A stretch of DNA of 64,000 nt from a virus, in the IMG/VR virus record IMGVR_UViG_3300033149_002674, positions 3,971 through 67,970 of that record, one strand, 5' to 3'. The notes below the pieces were generated by a model that saw only the letters and a list, made by a program, of their open reading frames with translations, had not been told where the DNA came from and ran no database searches. Position numbers and translations under genes: made by a program. Shown piece after piece: positions 20,502 through 29,628 of the stretch (position 1 is the stretch's first letter; the number at the start of each line of letters is the position of its first letter).

Positions 20502-20863
20502 TGGGAACTACGCAACAAGATATCATTAACCTAATTACGAAGCATTCTTATGCTGCTGGGATAGTGGTAAGCATAAATACTTTTAATGATTTCTTTAATT
20601 GGGGCAAGGGTTCTCTTTTTGATCCGGAAACTAATCGAACGCGCTTGCAAAAAGGGATTTATGCTTATGTATTAGGAAGGTGTATTGTTGTTTCGAAAGC
20701 CATTCCAGACGGAGAGGTCGTACCAGTGAGTAATAGCTTTTTAGAAGACATAATAATGTCTAAAGAGTCTAAGTTCACTAGAGTAGATCTGATAAAGCAT
20801 CTTAGAGATTATGGAATGACAGAACTTGCAAATATTTTACAAATGGATGAGGCACTATTATGA
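20501..20863 (+). CDS. Small hypothetical protein with a segment resembling a phage major capsid protein A-domain
   Basis: Likely start is the ATG at 20501, overlapping the upstream TAA. Contains GIYAYVLGRCIVVSKAIPDGEV. Confidence 0.45.
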   Translation: MGTTQQDIINLITKHSYAAGIVVSINTFNDFFNWGKGSLFDPETNRTRLQKGIYAYVLGRCIVVSKAIPDGEVVPVSNSFLEDIIMSKESKFTRVDLIKHLRDYGMTELANILQMDEALL

Positions 20864-21669
20864 AATTACATTTACTAACACTCACCTGGAACGGTGAAGA
20901 CAAGATTAAGGCACTACAGCCTGGGCTAATGAGGAACATGGAAAACGCAGGTATTGAATGCGTTTGGCATGTTAAGGATAACGGCTCAAAGGATAATACC
21001 GTTGAATGGCTAAAGGATTCTCCAAACACCGTTGTGTACCCAGTTGGTCACAACAGAGACTCCTTTGCAGGTGGAATGAACTATCTCTTCGACAAGGCGC
21101 AGCCTGCAGATGATGACCTAGTTCTTCTTCTCAACAATGACGTTGTTTTTGGTGACGACGTATCACTCAAGAAGATGATAGACCTTCAGAAGACTTCTGG
21201 TTCTGATATGGTTGGTTGTAGGCTTCTATTCACTGGAACTAATAAACTACAGCACGCTGGCGTTATCTTTAGCCCACGTTACGGCAATATGCCATTCCAC
21301 TTCAGACCAGGTGATGAGTCTGATGCTGCAGCGGAAAAGAATAGGTACTTCCAAGCTGTAACTGCAGCTGTCGTTCTTGTGACTGCTAAGTCATGGAAAG
21401 AAGTTGACGGTATGGATAATAAGTATCAGTGGGCGTTTGAGGATATCGATCTTTGTATGAAGGTTGGCAAGCTCAAGAAGAACAATGTTATATACTGTGG
21501 TGGCACGAAGATCTTCCATGAAGAGTCTGCTTCACTGAAGAAGAATCCAGTCAATAAGATGTTCATGTCTCCAAACGTCAAGCACTTCAAGTCCAAGTGG
21601 ACTGGAAAGTATGAGCTTGACCATGATAAGTACTTAAACGATTCTAGTTACAATGAGGCCAAAGTTTAG
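20860..21669 (+). CDS. Glycosyltransferase, GT2 family
   Basis: KDNGSKD, LLLNND, LQHAGV, AVTAAVVLV, FEDIDLC, HEESAS. Confidence 0.9.
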   Translation: MKLHLLTLTWNGEDKIKALQPGLMRNMENAGIECVWHVKDNGSKDNTVEWLKDSPNTVVYPVGHNRDSFAGGMNYLFDKAQPADDDLVLLLNNDVVFGDDVSLKKMIDLQKTSGSDMVGCRLLFTGTNKLQHAGVIFSPRYGNMPFHFRPGDESDAAAEKNRYFQAVTAAVVLVTAKSWKEVDGMDNKYQWAFEDIDLCMKVGKLKKNNVIYCGGTKIFHEESASLKKNPVNKMFMSPNVKHFKSKWTGKYELDHDKYLNDSSYNEAKV

Positions 21670-22627
21670 TAAAAAGCTGTTTCCCTTTTCCCCTGGGATA
21701 CCTTGGACTGTAAAGAACAATAAGTACATATTACCTAATGTTGATGCTAAGATTTGGCAGAGAGCATTAGGAGGGAAGGACTTCATAATCTCCTGCTACG
21801 GTGGATTTTTGGAGTCCTTTTTTTCTTTGTCTTACTGTGAGGCGATTGCCGCAACAGATCCATTCAGGGAAATCATGTGGATGGGCAATCCCACGTTCGA
21901 GCCGCTCGTCTCTATGCAGGGTATAGCTAAAGTTGCGCCTTTTGACTTGGGCTCTGATATTGTTGACAAGTATCCAGTTCCAATATTTATGGATGCAGAA
22001 AATCACGCCTACTTTAATGTAATGAATGATTATCTAAAAACAAAGTCATTCAAATCAAAAGACTTCATTATTAACAATCAACACTGTCTAGAACAGGTGT
22101 ATAAGAACTGTCCCATTACTTGGGATTCATATGTACCAAAGATTCGTTCAGATGAAAGGATAAAGTACAAACTGTGGAAGAGAGATAACAAGTTCTACGA
22201 TAACGCTAAGTATATAGTTATCTTTCCAAAGCCATGGCAATCCATGCATGAAGAAGACTGCCTTGGTTGGAATGACCGGCAAGTCAAAGAGTTTGCCTCA
22301 ATGGTTCGTCACAAAGGGATCTCGGTTGTGGCATGTGGTTTTGGTAATCGAGACTATTATGACTCATCAGGCGTAATTTCTGCGCCTTTGGACATAGAGA
22401 TCATGATGGGTTTGATACAGAATTCTTGGGGTGTTTTGTCGGCAGATATAGATAATCTACTTGTTACTATGGCGGTTTCAGATTCATCTATAATTATGTC
22501 GAGAGAGCCATCAGAAATATATGAACTTTATAGCGCAGCAGAGTTTTTAGATGCACAGAATGTTATATTCACAGATAGGGATATGCTACCTAGAGATGTG
22601 TATCAGTTTTTAGAGGGAATCGTATGA
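21653..22627 (+). CDS. Divergent glycosyltransferase-like protein (GT9/heptosyltransferase-like)
   Basis: Inside the glycan cluster. YGGFLESFFSL resembles the GT9 GGxGD region; YIVIFP...GW...LSAD fits a degenerate GT-B fold. Confidence 0.4.
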   Translation: MRPKFSKKLFPFSPGIPWTVKNNKYILPNVDAKIWQRALGGKDFIISCYGGFLESFFSLSYCEAIAATDPFREIMWMGNPTFEPLVSMQGIAKVAPFDLGSDIVDKYPVPIFMDAENHAYFNVMNDYLKTKSFKSKDFIINNQHCLEQVYKNCPITWDSYVPKIRSDERIKYKLWKRDNKFYDNAKYIVIFPKPWQSMHEEDCLGWNDRQVKEFASMVRHKGISVVACGFGNRDYYDSSGVISAPLDIEIMMGLIQNSWGVLSADIDNLLVTMAVSDSSIIMSREPSEIYELYSAAEFLDAQNVIFTDRDMLPRDVYQFLEGIV

Positions 22628-23370
22628 GTGAGAAGAAAGATGTAATCACCTTAATGATGGTGACGTATAATAGGCTTGATTTAACTAAGAGAACAATTAA
22701 GTCACTACATGATAATACAAAGGTTCACTACAATCTAGTAATCGTAGATAATGGCTCAGAGGATGGTACTGTTGAGTATCTGAATGAGCTAGCTGCAGAG
22801 CACGATAGCGTTCACCTCAATCTACTTCCGGAGAACAAGGGCATCGCTATTGGTCGTAACATAGCACTTAAGAAAGCTGTTGAGCTTGAGACGAACTGGT
22901 TCTGTACGATTGATAATGACGTAGAGGTCCCAGATGGTTGGCTTACAGAAGCTATTGACATCATGAAGGCCAACCCAAAGTACGCCATGATTGGTGTGAA
23001 TATGGAGGGTGTCAAGTATCCCGTTGTGGAGCAGAATGGATTTAAGTTTCAGTCCAAGCCTAGGGGAAATCTAGGAACTGCTTGTATTGTATTCCAGTCT
23101 AAGCTTCAAAAGATGCTTGGATACTTCAGCACAGAGTATGGACTTTATGGCGAAGAAGATGCTGATTATGGCATGAGAGCTAGGGTTTGCGGATTTGGAC
23201 TCGGGTACATTGAAAGGATGGGAAATCACTTTGGTGTTGGTGAATTAGACCAAGGTGAGTATAGAGAATTCAAAGATGAGATGCATAAGAACAATTTAGC
23301 TAAGTTTAATGCTAATTGTGGCGCATATGCAAGGAGAGAGAAAAATCTATATTTCCCATACAAGGACTGA
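22624..23370 (+). CDS. Glycosyltransferase, GT2 family
   Basis: VTYNR, IVDNGSEDGT, NKGIAIGRN, IDND, YGEEDADY. Confidence 0.9.
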   Translation: MSEKKDVITLMMVTYNRLDLTKRTIKSLHDNTKVHYNLVIVDNGSEDGTVEYLNELAAEHDSVHLNLLPENKGIAIGRNIALKKAVELETNWFCTIDNDVEVPDGWLTEAIDIMKANPKYAMIGVNMEGVKYPVVEQNGFKFQSKPRGNLGTACIVFQSKLQKMLGYFSTEYGLYGEEDADYGMRARVCGFGLGYIERMGNHFGVGELDQGEYREFKDEMHKNNLAKFNANCGAYARREKNLYFPYKD

Positions 23371-25365
23371 ATGCCAAACATTATAAGAAAGATTGTTGGT
23401 GAACAAATACAGACTTACGTAAAGTCATCCAAGTTTTGCAAGATAAATGCAAGGTCATGTGTTATTGGTGGTAAGTTTGGAATGTTATCAGTTGATTTAT
23501 CAGGCTTTTTTAGCGCCAGCTCTTGTCAATTGAAGCTAAGAAGAAATTCTGGTAATGGTTTAATTGCAGTAGTTAAAAATAACAAATCTGAAAATTACAA
23601 TATATCTTCAAAAGTTTCAGAAGTAATAAATGTTGATATTTCAGATTCTAAGCAATTAAGTATCATCAGGCCTGCTTCTGGTATTGGTGATGTAGAGCTT
23701 TTAGGTATCTTTTTGCTTTCTGATGAAGTTGCCGTCCCTCTAGATATTAGAGCTGAAGTTGTTAAGTGTGGAACTAAAGGAATTCGTTCTGTTGGAGATA
23801 GGTTCTTTGCAAATGAAGGGTCTATGATTAAATCTAACGAGATTGCGGAAATAGAAACAGAGCCGCCTGGAATGTTTAAAAAAGCAACTGGTGGAATGAT
23901 TTTTACTGGAATGTGTGAAATTGTTAATCTTAAAATTGGCACGCCTGTCATTGAGCAACCACCAGATTTTGTGCAGGCTGTTCAAAAGGCTTCAGAGCTT
24001 ATTCCAGAGCAGTCTAAAGCTAGATCCTTAGGACATGAGACTGCACTTGAAAGAGCACTTTCATTTGATCATAAACCATCTCAGGATGTTTTTGATTCAG
24101 ATAACAACATATCTGTTTGTGCTGTTGGTACAAAACTTACCATACAAGACCGCATCTTAATGAAAGATGTACCTCTTAAGCCTAATTCTAAGTATGTTCT
24201 TCTTGTACAAGGCAAGAGGATAGATGGTAATGGACGTATAACAATAAACATTTATGGTTCCAATCTTAGAAACCACTCAATCTTTGTTGGGCCCAATGAA
24301 ACTACTAAGATTCCATTTACAACTCTAGAAGCTGATTCATTCAAGATTGACATTGATAGAGGAGGTCCATCACTTGGAGATGTTTGGATATCCAGAGTTT
24401 CCATTGCTCCTTATTCTGTATTGTATGGTTATGAAAATGATTTTACAGGAATTAGAGCTGAGAAGTCATCAGATGTTGAGTTGACATCTAAGAGATTTGC
24501 TCTTCTTAAGAGAGAGCGTTTCAATCCTCCAGAGACATTCAGCGACATTGATGGAATCATTGAAGCGAAGGGTCCGGGTCCAAATTCTTGGCTTAATAAA
24601 ATACAGCCACTTTTCCCAAATGTTAAAGTGCGTTCAGATATGATTCTTACACCTGAGCCAAAGGGTGCAGCAAACATGCTAATAACACAGCTTGGCGATG
24701 TAAAGAAAGCCAATAAAATATGGCTTAATGAGTTTCAGGGTATAGTTCCAAACAAGGATGAGTTAAAGATACTGAAAGAAACTAAGGTTATATCCTCGTC
24801 ATTGCCAAATGTTCAATACCTCAGGAACACACATGGCATAGATGCACTTTACCTACCAAAGGTTTGGCCTTATGTAGATCCTATTGCGCCAAGTGTTAAG
24901 AAGTATATCCTAATGTTCAATAGGGATACTAGAATAACAAAAGCATTTATAGAGGAGTATAAAGGTAGAGACCTTCCTACACTTGTCGTTCCTGGTCTTA
25001 GAGGAAACATCCCGCAGTTTGTAAAGGCTACATCTGAGTATCTTGATTACAGAACACTGCTTGGATTGGTTCTCAACGCATCAGCAATAGTAGATTTTCC
25101 ACAGTGTACACACTTTATGTCTGCTGTTCTTGATATGGCGTTCATAGCAGGAGTTCCTATTGTTACTACAAATCAGTGGATGTCTGTTTCCAAGCCTTCT
25201 ACTTACCAGGTTCCATCACTTCTCAATAGAGGAATGACATGCCCTAAGATGGATGTGGCAATCAGATCTGTACAGGCAGCTCTGAACGACACTGATAGAA
25301 ACAAGTTTGATGAATCATATAATCACAATGTTTATGCTTCAATTAAAACGGCTTTGGATTATTAA
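23371..25365 (+). CDS. Multidomain protein: two carbohydrate-binding-like beta domains plus a degenerate GT-B-like C-terminus
   Basis: Internal repeat LRRNSGNGLI / KRIDGNGRI in beta-rich regions. C-terminal LDMAFIAGVPIVTT resembles the GT4 EAMAxGxPVI motif. Confidence 0.4.
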   Translation: MPNIIRKIVGEQIQTYVKSSKFCKINARSCVIGGKFGMLSVDLSGFFSASSCQLKLRRNSGNGLIAVVKNNKSENYNISSKVSEVINVDISDSKQLSIIRPASGIGDVELLGIFLLSDEVAVPLDIRAEVVKCGTKGIRSVGDRFFANEGSMIKSNEIAEIETEPPGMFKKATGGMIFTGMCEIVNLKIGTPVIEQPPDFVQAVQKASELIPEQSKARSLGHETALERALSFDHKPSQDVFDSDNNISVCAVGTKLTIQDRILMKDVPLKPNSKYVLLVQGKRIDGNGRITINIYGSNLRNHSIFVGPNETTKIPFTTLEADSFKIDIDRGGPSLGDVWISRVSIAPYSVLYGYENDFTGIRAEKSSDVELTSKRFALLKRERFNPPETFSDIDGIIEAKGPGPNSWLNKIQPLFPNVKVRSDMILTPEPKGAANMLITQLGDVKKANKIWLNEFQGIVPNKDELKILKETKVISSSLPNVQYLRNTHGIDALYLPKVWPYVDPIAPSVKKYILMFNRDTRITKAFIEEYKGRDLPTLVVPGLRGNIPQFVKATSEYLDYRTLLGLVLNASAIVDFPQCTHFMSAVLDMAFIAGVPIVTTNQWMSVSKPSTYQVPSLLNRGMTCPKMDVAIRSVQAALNDTDRNKFDESYNHNVYASIKTALDY

Positions 25366-25373
25366 GGAAATAA

Positions 25374-26336
25374 ATGATAAGAGTACTATATTTGCCACTC
25401 AACTCTCATGAGATAGTTCAAACAGGAATGTATGATGCGTTCAAAGCAGCAGGGTGTGAGCTTAAGGTTTTTGACTTTAATAGATCCAATATAAGACCCG
25501 GAGATATTCAGGGTGAGTTACTTAAGGTTGCCAAAGAATTCAAGCCTCACCTGGTACATATGCAACTTCAGTTTACTACGAACATTGTTCCAGATACTAT
25601 TCTAAAGATTAAAAAGGCTTTGCCTAATACGATTATCACTAACTGGACTGGAGATGTTAGAGCAAAGCCTCAGTCTGTATTTTGCAATATGGCTAAGGCT
25701 GTTGACATATCTCTAGTCTCTTCATCTGGCCAGGTTGATATGTACAAGAGAGCGTCAGGCAATCAGGACATTCGATACTGGCAGATCGGATTTGATCCAG
25801 CGAAGTATTTCGAAAAGAATAAGAACTCTGGATGGAAATATGATGTTTCGTTTGCTGCATCAAATCATACCAAAGCAGGCTTCCCAGGACATGCTGCAAG
25901 AAAGAAGACTGTAGACTTGCTTCATAGACAGTTTAAAAATAGGTTTGGACTATTTGGAATAGGATGGAAAAAGTACCGAGCTAAGTACATGCCTCAAGCA
26001 AAGATGAATGATGTGTATAATGATTCTCTCTGCTGCATCTCAGTCTCTAACTTTAATGACTTGGGTCATTACTTTTCCGATAGACTTCTGATGTGTATGG
26101 CTTCTGGAAGGCCTGTAATCTCTTTCAGATTCCCAGGATGGGAAGATTACTTTGTGAATAATCATGACATTGTTATTGCTGATTCTATTGAGGACATTCC
26201 TAAAAAAGTCCACTGGCTAAAGAGCAATCCTGATATAGCTAACGCTATTGGTGCAGCTGGTGCGGCAAAAGTACAGGCTGAGCACTCATATCACTATAAG
26301 GTCGAGGAGCTTCTTCACATGGTGGGGTTGAAATGA
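25374..26336 (+). CDS. CgeB-like glycosyltransferase (GT-B)
   Basis: WTGD, GFDP, YDVSF, FGIGW, SDRLLMCMASG, IGAAG...EHSY, matching the CgeB/Glyco_trans_1_2 pattern. Confidence 0.8.
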   Translation: MIRVLYLPLNSHEIVQTGMYDAFKAAGCELKVFDFNRSNIRPGDIQGELLKVAKEFKPHLVHMQLQFTTNIVPDTILKIKKALPNTIITNWTGDVRAKPQSVFCNMAKAVDISLVSSSGQVDMYKRASGNQDIRYWQIGFDPAKYFEKNKNSGWKYDVSFAASNHTKAGFPGHAARKKTVDLLHRQFKNRFGLFGIGWKKYRAKYMPQAKMNDVYNDSLCCISVSNFNDLGHYFSDRLLMCMASGRPVISFRFPGWEDYFVNNHDIVIADSIEDIPKKVHWLKSNPDIANAIGAAGAAKVQAEHSYHYKVEELLHMVGLK

Positions 26337-27166
26337 TTTCTATTGTTTTTGGAACACATAACAGGCTTGGGAAGCTTAAGCAGGCTATGGAGTCAATCCA
26401 CAAAGCAGCACAGAATATCAAAGGGTATGAGATCATCATCATTGATGGCGGCTCTACGGATGGGACTCTTGAGTATCTCAATACACAAAAGCATACCAAG
26501 GTTATCAATGAAGGCGGACTTCATGGAGTTACTAGAGCTTATAATAGAGGATTTAGATTAGCCACTCAACCTTATCTTACTTGGTTCTCTGATGATTTTA
26601 TTTATGATGAGAAGGCTCTGGAGGTTCTGGCAATAAGACTAGCCGAAGTTGATTCTAAAACGCTTCTATCTTTATCTATTGATGTAAAGGATGGCAAAGG
26701 GTTTAAGAATTATGCGCCAAATACTCCAATAGGAGCTGGTCATACAAAGTTGTTCCAGTCGGTTGATTATTGGTCAGAGGATTTCATTACTTATGCCTCA
26801 GACAATGACTTCTCGCAGAAGATTCATATGTCTGGTGGTAAGGTTATAGCAGAGCCAAGTGCTAAGCTAACACATAATATAGATCTAAAAGACGATCTTC
26901 ATAATGAGAATTTATCTCATAATCCTTGCTCTGCTAGATATAGAGAGCTTTACAAGGGTGGAATTAAAGGGTTTAATAAAACATATCCCGATGTTTGGAT
27001 TAACGCAAGAAATGCAGACGATCTATATGCTAAGATTCAAAATGTAAGGTCTAATATAGGGTGGTGTAATTTCTATACTGCTAATCTATTTAATCACGAG
27101 GCCCTGTTTTCAAGTATGAATATACGTGTTGGCTCCAGAGACAAAAATTACGCTAAGGAAGTATGA
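26333..27166 (+). CDS. Glycosyltransferase, GT2 family
   Basis: ISIVFGTHNR, IIIIDGGSTDGT, AYNRG, WFSDD. Confidence 0.88.
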   Translation: MISIVFGTHNRLGKLKQAMESIHKAAQNIKGYEIIIIDGGSTDGTLEYLNTQKHTKVINEGGLHGVTRAYNRGFRLATQPYLTWFSDDFIYDEKALEVLAIRLAEVDSKTLLSLSIDVKDGKGFKNYAPNTPIGAGHTKLFQSVDYWSEDFITYASDNDFSQKIHMSGGKVIAEPSAKLTHNIDLKDDLHNENLSHNPCSARYRELYKGGIKGFNKTYPDVWINARNADDLYAKIQNVRSNIGWCNFYTANLFNHEALFSSMNIRVGSRDKNYAKEV

Positions 27167-27975
27167 GTTTAGAAGATATTAAAGCACCATCTAATGACAA
27201 GCTAATTAGCTTTTTCCATATACCTAAGACAGCTGGCACAAACTTTACCTATGTAATTAAGAATAATTATAAGGGCCATATCATTGATGATAAAAAGTTT
27301 GAGGCTCTCGATAGGCAGACCAGGAAAAAGCTTTGCACATGGGGTCATGGTGGTCACTACAATGCTATCAATCATGATGCTGTTATGTTTGTGTTTCTAA
27401 GAGACCCTGTTGAGCGAGTGGTATCCCATTTTGTAGAGCATAAGGGAAATAGATACACAAACCCTAGCTTTACACTTGAAGAGATGTTTCTCAAGAGACC
27501 AGATATTTATCTTGGTGAAAAGCCTCCTACACCTAATGATCTAAAGAGAGCTGGTATCAATTCAGCACACTGGGGAAGAGATTTTTATTGTAGAGCACTT
27601 TCAGGACAAGGATACCTTAAGTTTGATCCATGGAAGGTTACCGAAGAAGATAAGGATAATATTATATCTAACATGAAGGATAATAAGGTTGTTCTTCTAA
27701 ACTCTGCAGGTAAAGAAATTGAAGTTCCTACAGTCTTTGGAATCACTGAGAGGTTTGATGATTCACTTAAGCTTTTCCAAAAGGTAGCTGGCTGGCATAC
27801 TATCAAGTATCAAGAGCTATCTAAGCGTAGAGCTTATAACCATGGCAAGAGAAGGTATAATGCTTCTGAAAATCTTCTTGCCGCAATTAAGAAGCATAAC
27901 GCTTTTGATATAGAAATTTACGAAGAAGCTAAGAAGCTATTCGATAAGGAACTAGAACATTTTGGGATTAAGTAA
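27163..27975 (+). CDS. Sulfotransferase (Sulfotransfer_2 / Gal-3-O-sulfotransferase-like)
   Basis: 5'-PSB motif FFHIPKTAGT, 3'-PB motif FLRDPVERVVS, GITERFDDSL, N.FDIEIYEEA. Confidence 0.85.
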   Translation: MSLEDIKAPSNDKLISFFHIPKTAGTNFTYVIKNNYKGHIIDDKKFEALDRQTRKKLCTWGHGGHYNAINHDAVMFVFLRDPVERVVSHFVEHKGNRYTNPSFTLEEMFLKRPDIYLGEKPPTPNDLKRAGINSAHWGRDFYCRALSGQGYLKFDPWKVTEEDKDNIISNMKDNKVVLLNSAGKEIEVPTVFGITERFDDSLKLFQKVAGWHTIKYQELSKRRAYNHGKRRYNASENLLAAIKKHNAFDIEIYEEAKKLFDKELEHFGIK

Positions 27976-27982
27976 GGAACAA

Positions 27983-28879
27983 ATGTCAGAGGAAGATAAG
28001 AAAGAAATTAAGCTACATATTGGGTGTGGTACCGTTTACCTTGAGGGATATGTAAACATTCATCCAGCACCAGATGGTCTTGCACCGCTATGTCCAGAAG
28101 ATGTAGAGATTAATAAGACCACTGTTGATGAATATTATAAGACTGGGTTCTCTGAGCGCCCCAAGAAGCACATTGCAGACCTTGTAAGTACACTTGACGC
28201 TCTTCCAAGTAAGCTTGGGTATAGGCCTGGATACCCAGGCTCTCAGAGTGGATATGTTTGGAATGATGGAGTATCTGAAAGTGTTGATAATCCAGTAGAT
28301 GAAATCTGTATGTTCCATGTTCTTGAGCATATCCCAAAGTACGATCTTGATGATGCAGTTCGTAAGATTGCACTTATGCTTAAGCCAGGTGGACGCTTCC
28401 GTGTAGCTGTTCCTGACTTTGACGCAATCGTTCTTGAGTACGCTCAAAAGCTTCAGGAAGGTATATCTGAGGAAGATAAGGAGTGGTACTACCGCTTTGT
28501 TCATGGAACTCAAAAGGATATCTATTCACATCACTACTGTGGATACAATAGACACAGGCTTGAAGAGCTTCTAAGACGTTTCGGCTTTGATAAGTTTGAA
28601 GATCTTCCTAATCAGAACTTTTATCCATCAGTTCATTTGATGGCGTACAAGGCTGAAGAAGTAAAGGTTGAGTATAATAATGATTTAGGTATAGCTGGAG
28701 ATATCACAATAACTTCTGGCTCAGGTGGCGGCAATTATCTTGCATCAGATATTACATTTGGGTCGTCTTCAACCCCAACAGCAATTACAAGCACTTCCGG
28801 AAAAGGAATTGTTATAGATGAGGACGGCAATACAGTTATTGAGGGCGATCTTCATGTTACAGGAAAACTAATAGTTTAA
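27983..28879 (+). CDS. SAM-dependent methyltransferase with an unrelated Ser/Thr/Gly-rich C-terminal extension
   Basis: AAGGA RBS before the ATG at 27983. KLHIGCG, HVLEHI, LKPGGRFRVAVPD. Confidence 0.8.
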   Translation: MSEEDKKEIKLHIGCGTVYLEGYVNIHPAPDGLAPLCPEDVEINKTTVDEYYKTGFSERPKKHIADLVSTLDALPSKLGYRPGYPGSQSGYVWNDGVSESVDNPVDEICMFHVLEHIPKYDLDDAVRKIALMLKPGGRFRVAVPDFDAIVLEYAQKLQEGISEEDKEWYYRFVHGTQKDIYSHHYCGYNRHRLEELLRRFGFDKFEDLPNQNFYPSVHLMAYKAEEVKVEYNNDLGIAGDITITSGSGGGNYLASDITFGSSSTPTAITSTSGKGIVIDEDGNTVIEGDLHVTGKLIV

Positions 28880-28887
28880 GGAAAGAT

Positions 28888-29577
28888 ATGACAGAACTAG
28901 GATTAAACTTTCAGAATTGGGATGAGTTCTTTGATAAGATACCATTCACATTCTTTATGACATCACAAATTCAGAAGAAGTACATTGAAACAATCAAGGC
29001 TAACACACCTGACGGTGGTAAACTACTCGAAATTGCAGGTGGCTCTGGGTACACATCTGCCGTTGTTGCAGACGTTGTTAGAACCAAAAACGGTACTGTT
29101 ACTTTCTCTGATCTTGAACAGACTTTGACTGATAAGGTTAAGGATAACTTCGATTCAATTGTGAATCTTGACTTCAAGGCAGCGGACGCTTTCAAGCTAC
29201 CATTCGAGGATGATTCTTATGACGTTATCTTCCATCAGGGATTCCTTGAGCACTTCAGCGATGAAGACATCATCAAGTTCCTCCAGGAGCAAGCTCGTGT
29301 TGCTGAGAAGATTGTATTCGATGTACCAAATGGTCGTCGTTGGAATAAGTATCAGGAGTTTGGTAACGAGCGCTTCCTGAGCCACAAGCAGTGGGTTCAG
29401 ATTGCGAAGGATGCTGGGCTTCATGTTCATTATCACACAGCACGCCGCTTCACTAATGGCTGGAAGAAATGGGTTCCAGTTGCTATTCAGAATTCAGAAT
29501 GGTTTCACAGAAACTTCGGTGAGTCATCAATTGTTGTATGCTCATCAATGCCTCTTAATGAGAGCATAGGTAAGTAA
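28888..29577 (+). CDS. Class I SAM-dependent methyltransferase
   Basis: LLEIAGGSG, ADAFKLPFEDDSYDVIF, LEHF, EQARV. Confidence 0.88.
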   Translation: MTELGLNFQNWDEFFDKIPFTFFMTSQIQKKYIETIKANTPDGGKLLEIAGGSGYTSAVVADVVRTKNGTVTFSDLEQTLTDKVKDNFDSIVNLDFKAADAFKLPFEDDSYDVIFHQGFLEHFSDEDIIKFLQEQARVAEKIVFDVPNGRRWNKYQEFGNERFLSHKQWVQIAKDAGLHVHYHTARRFTNGWKKWVPVAIQNSEWFHRNFGESSIVVCSSMPLNESIGK

Positions 29578-29599
29578 CTGTCGAGTTCATACTTCTCCG

Positions 29600-29628
29600 A
29601 GCCCTGCTATTTATAGCGGGGCTTTTTT
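29600..29628 (+). terminator. Rho-independent terminator
   Basis: Hairpin AGCCCTGCTA-TTTA-TAGCGGGGCT followed by a T run. Confidence 0.75.
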
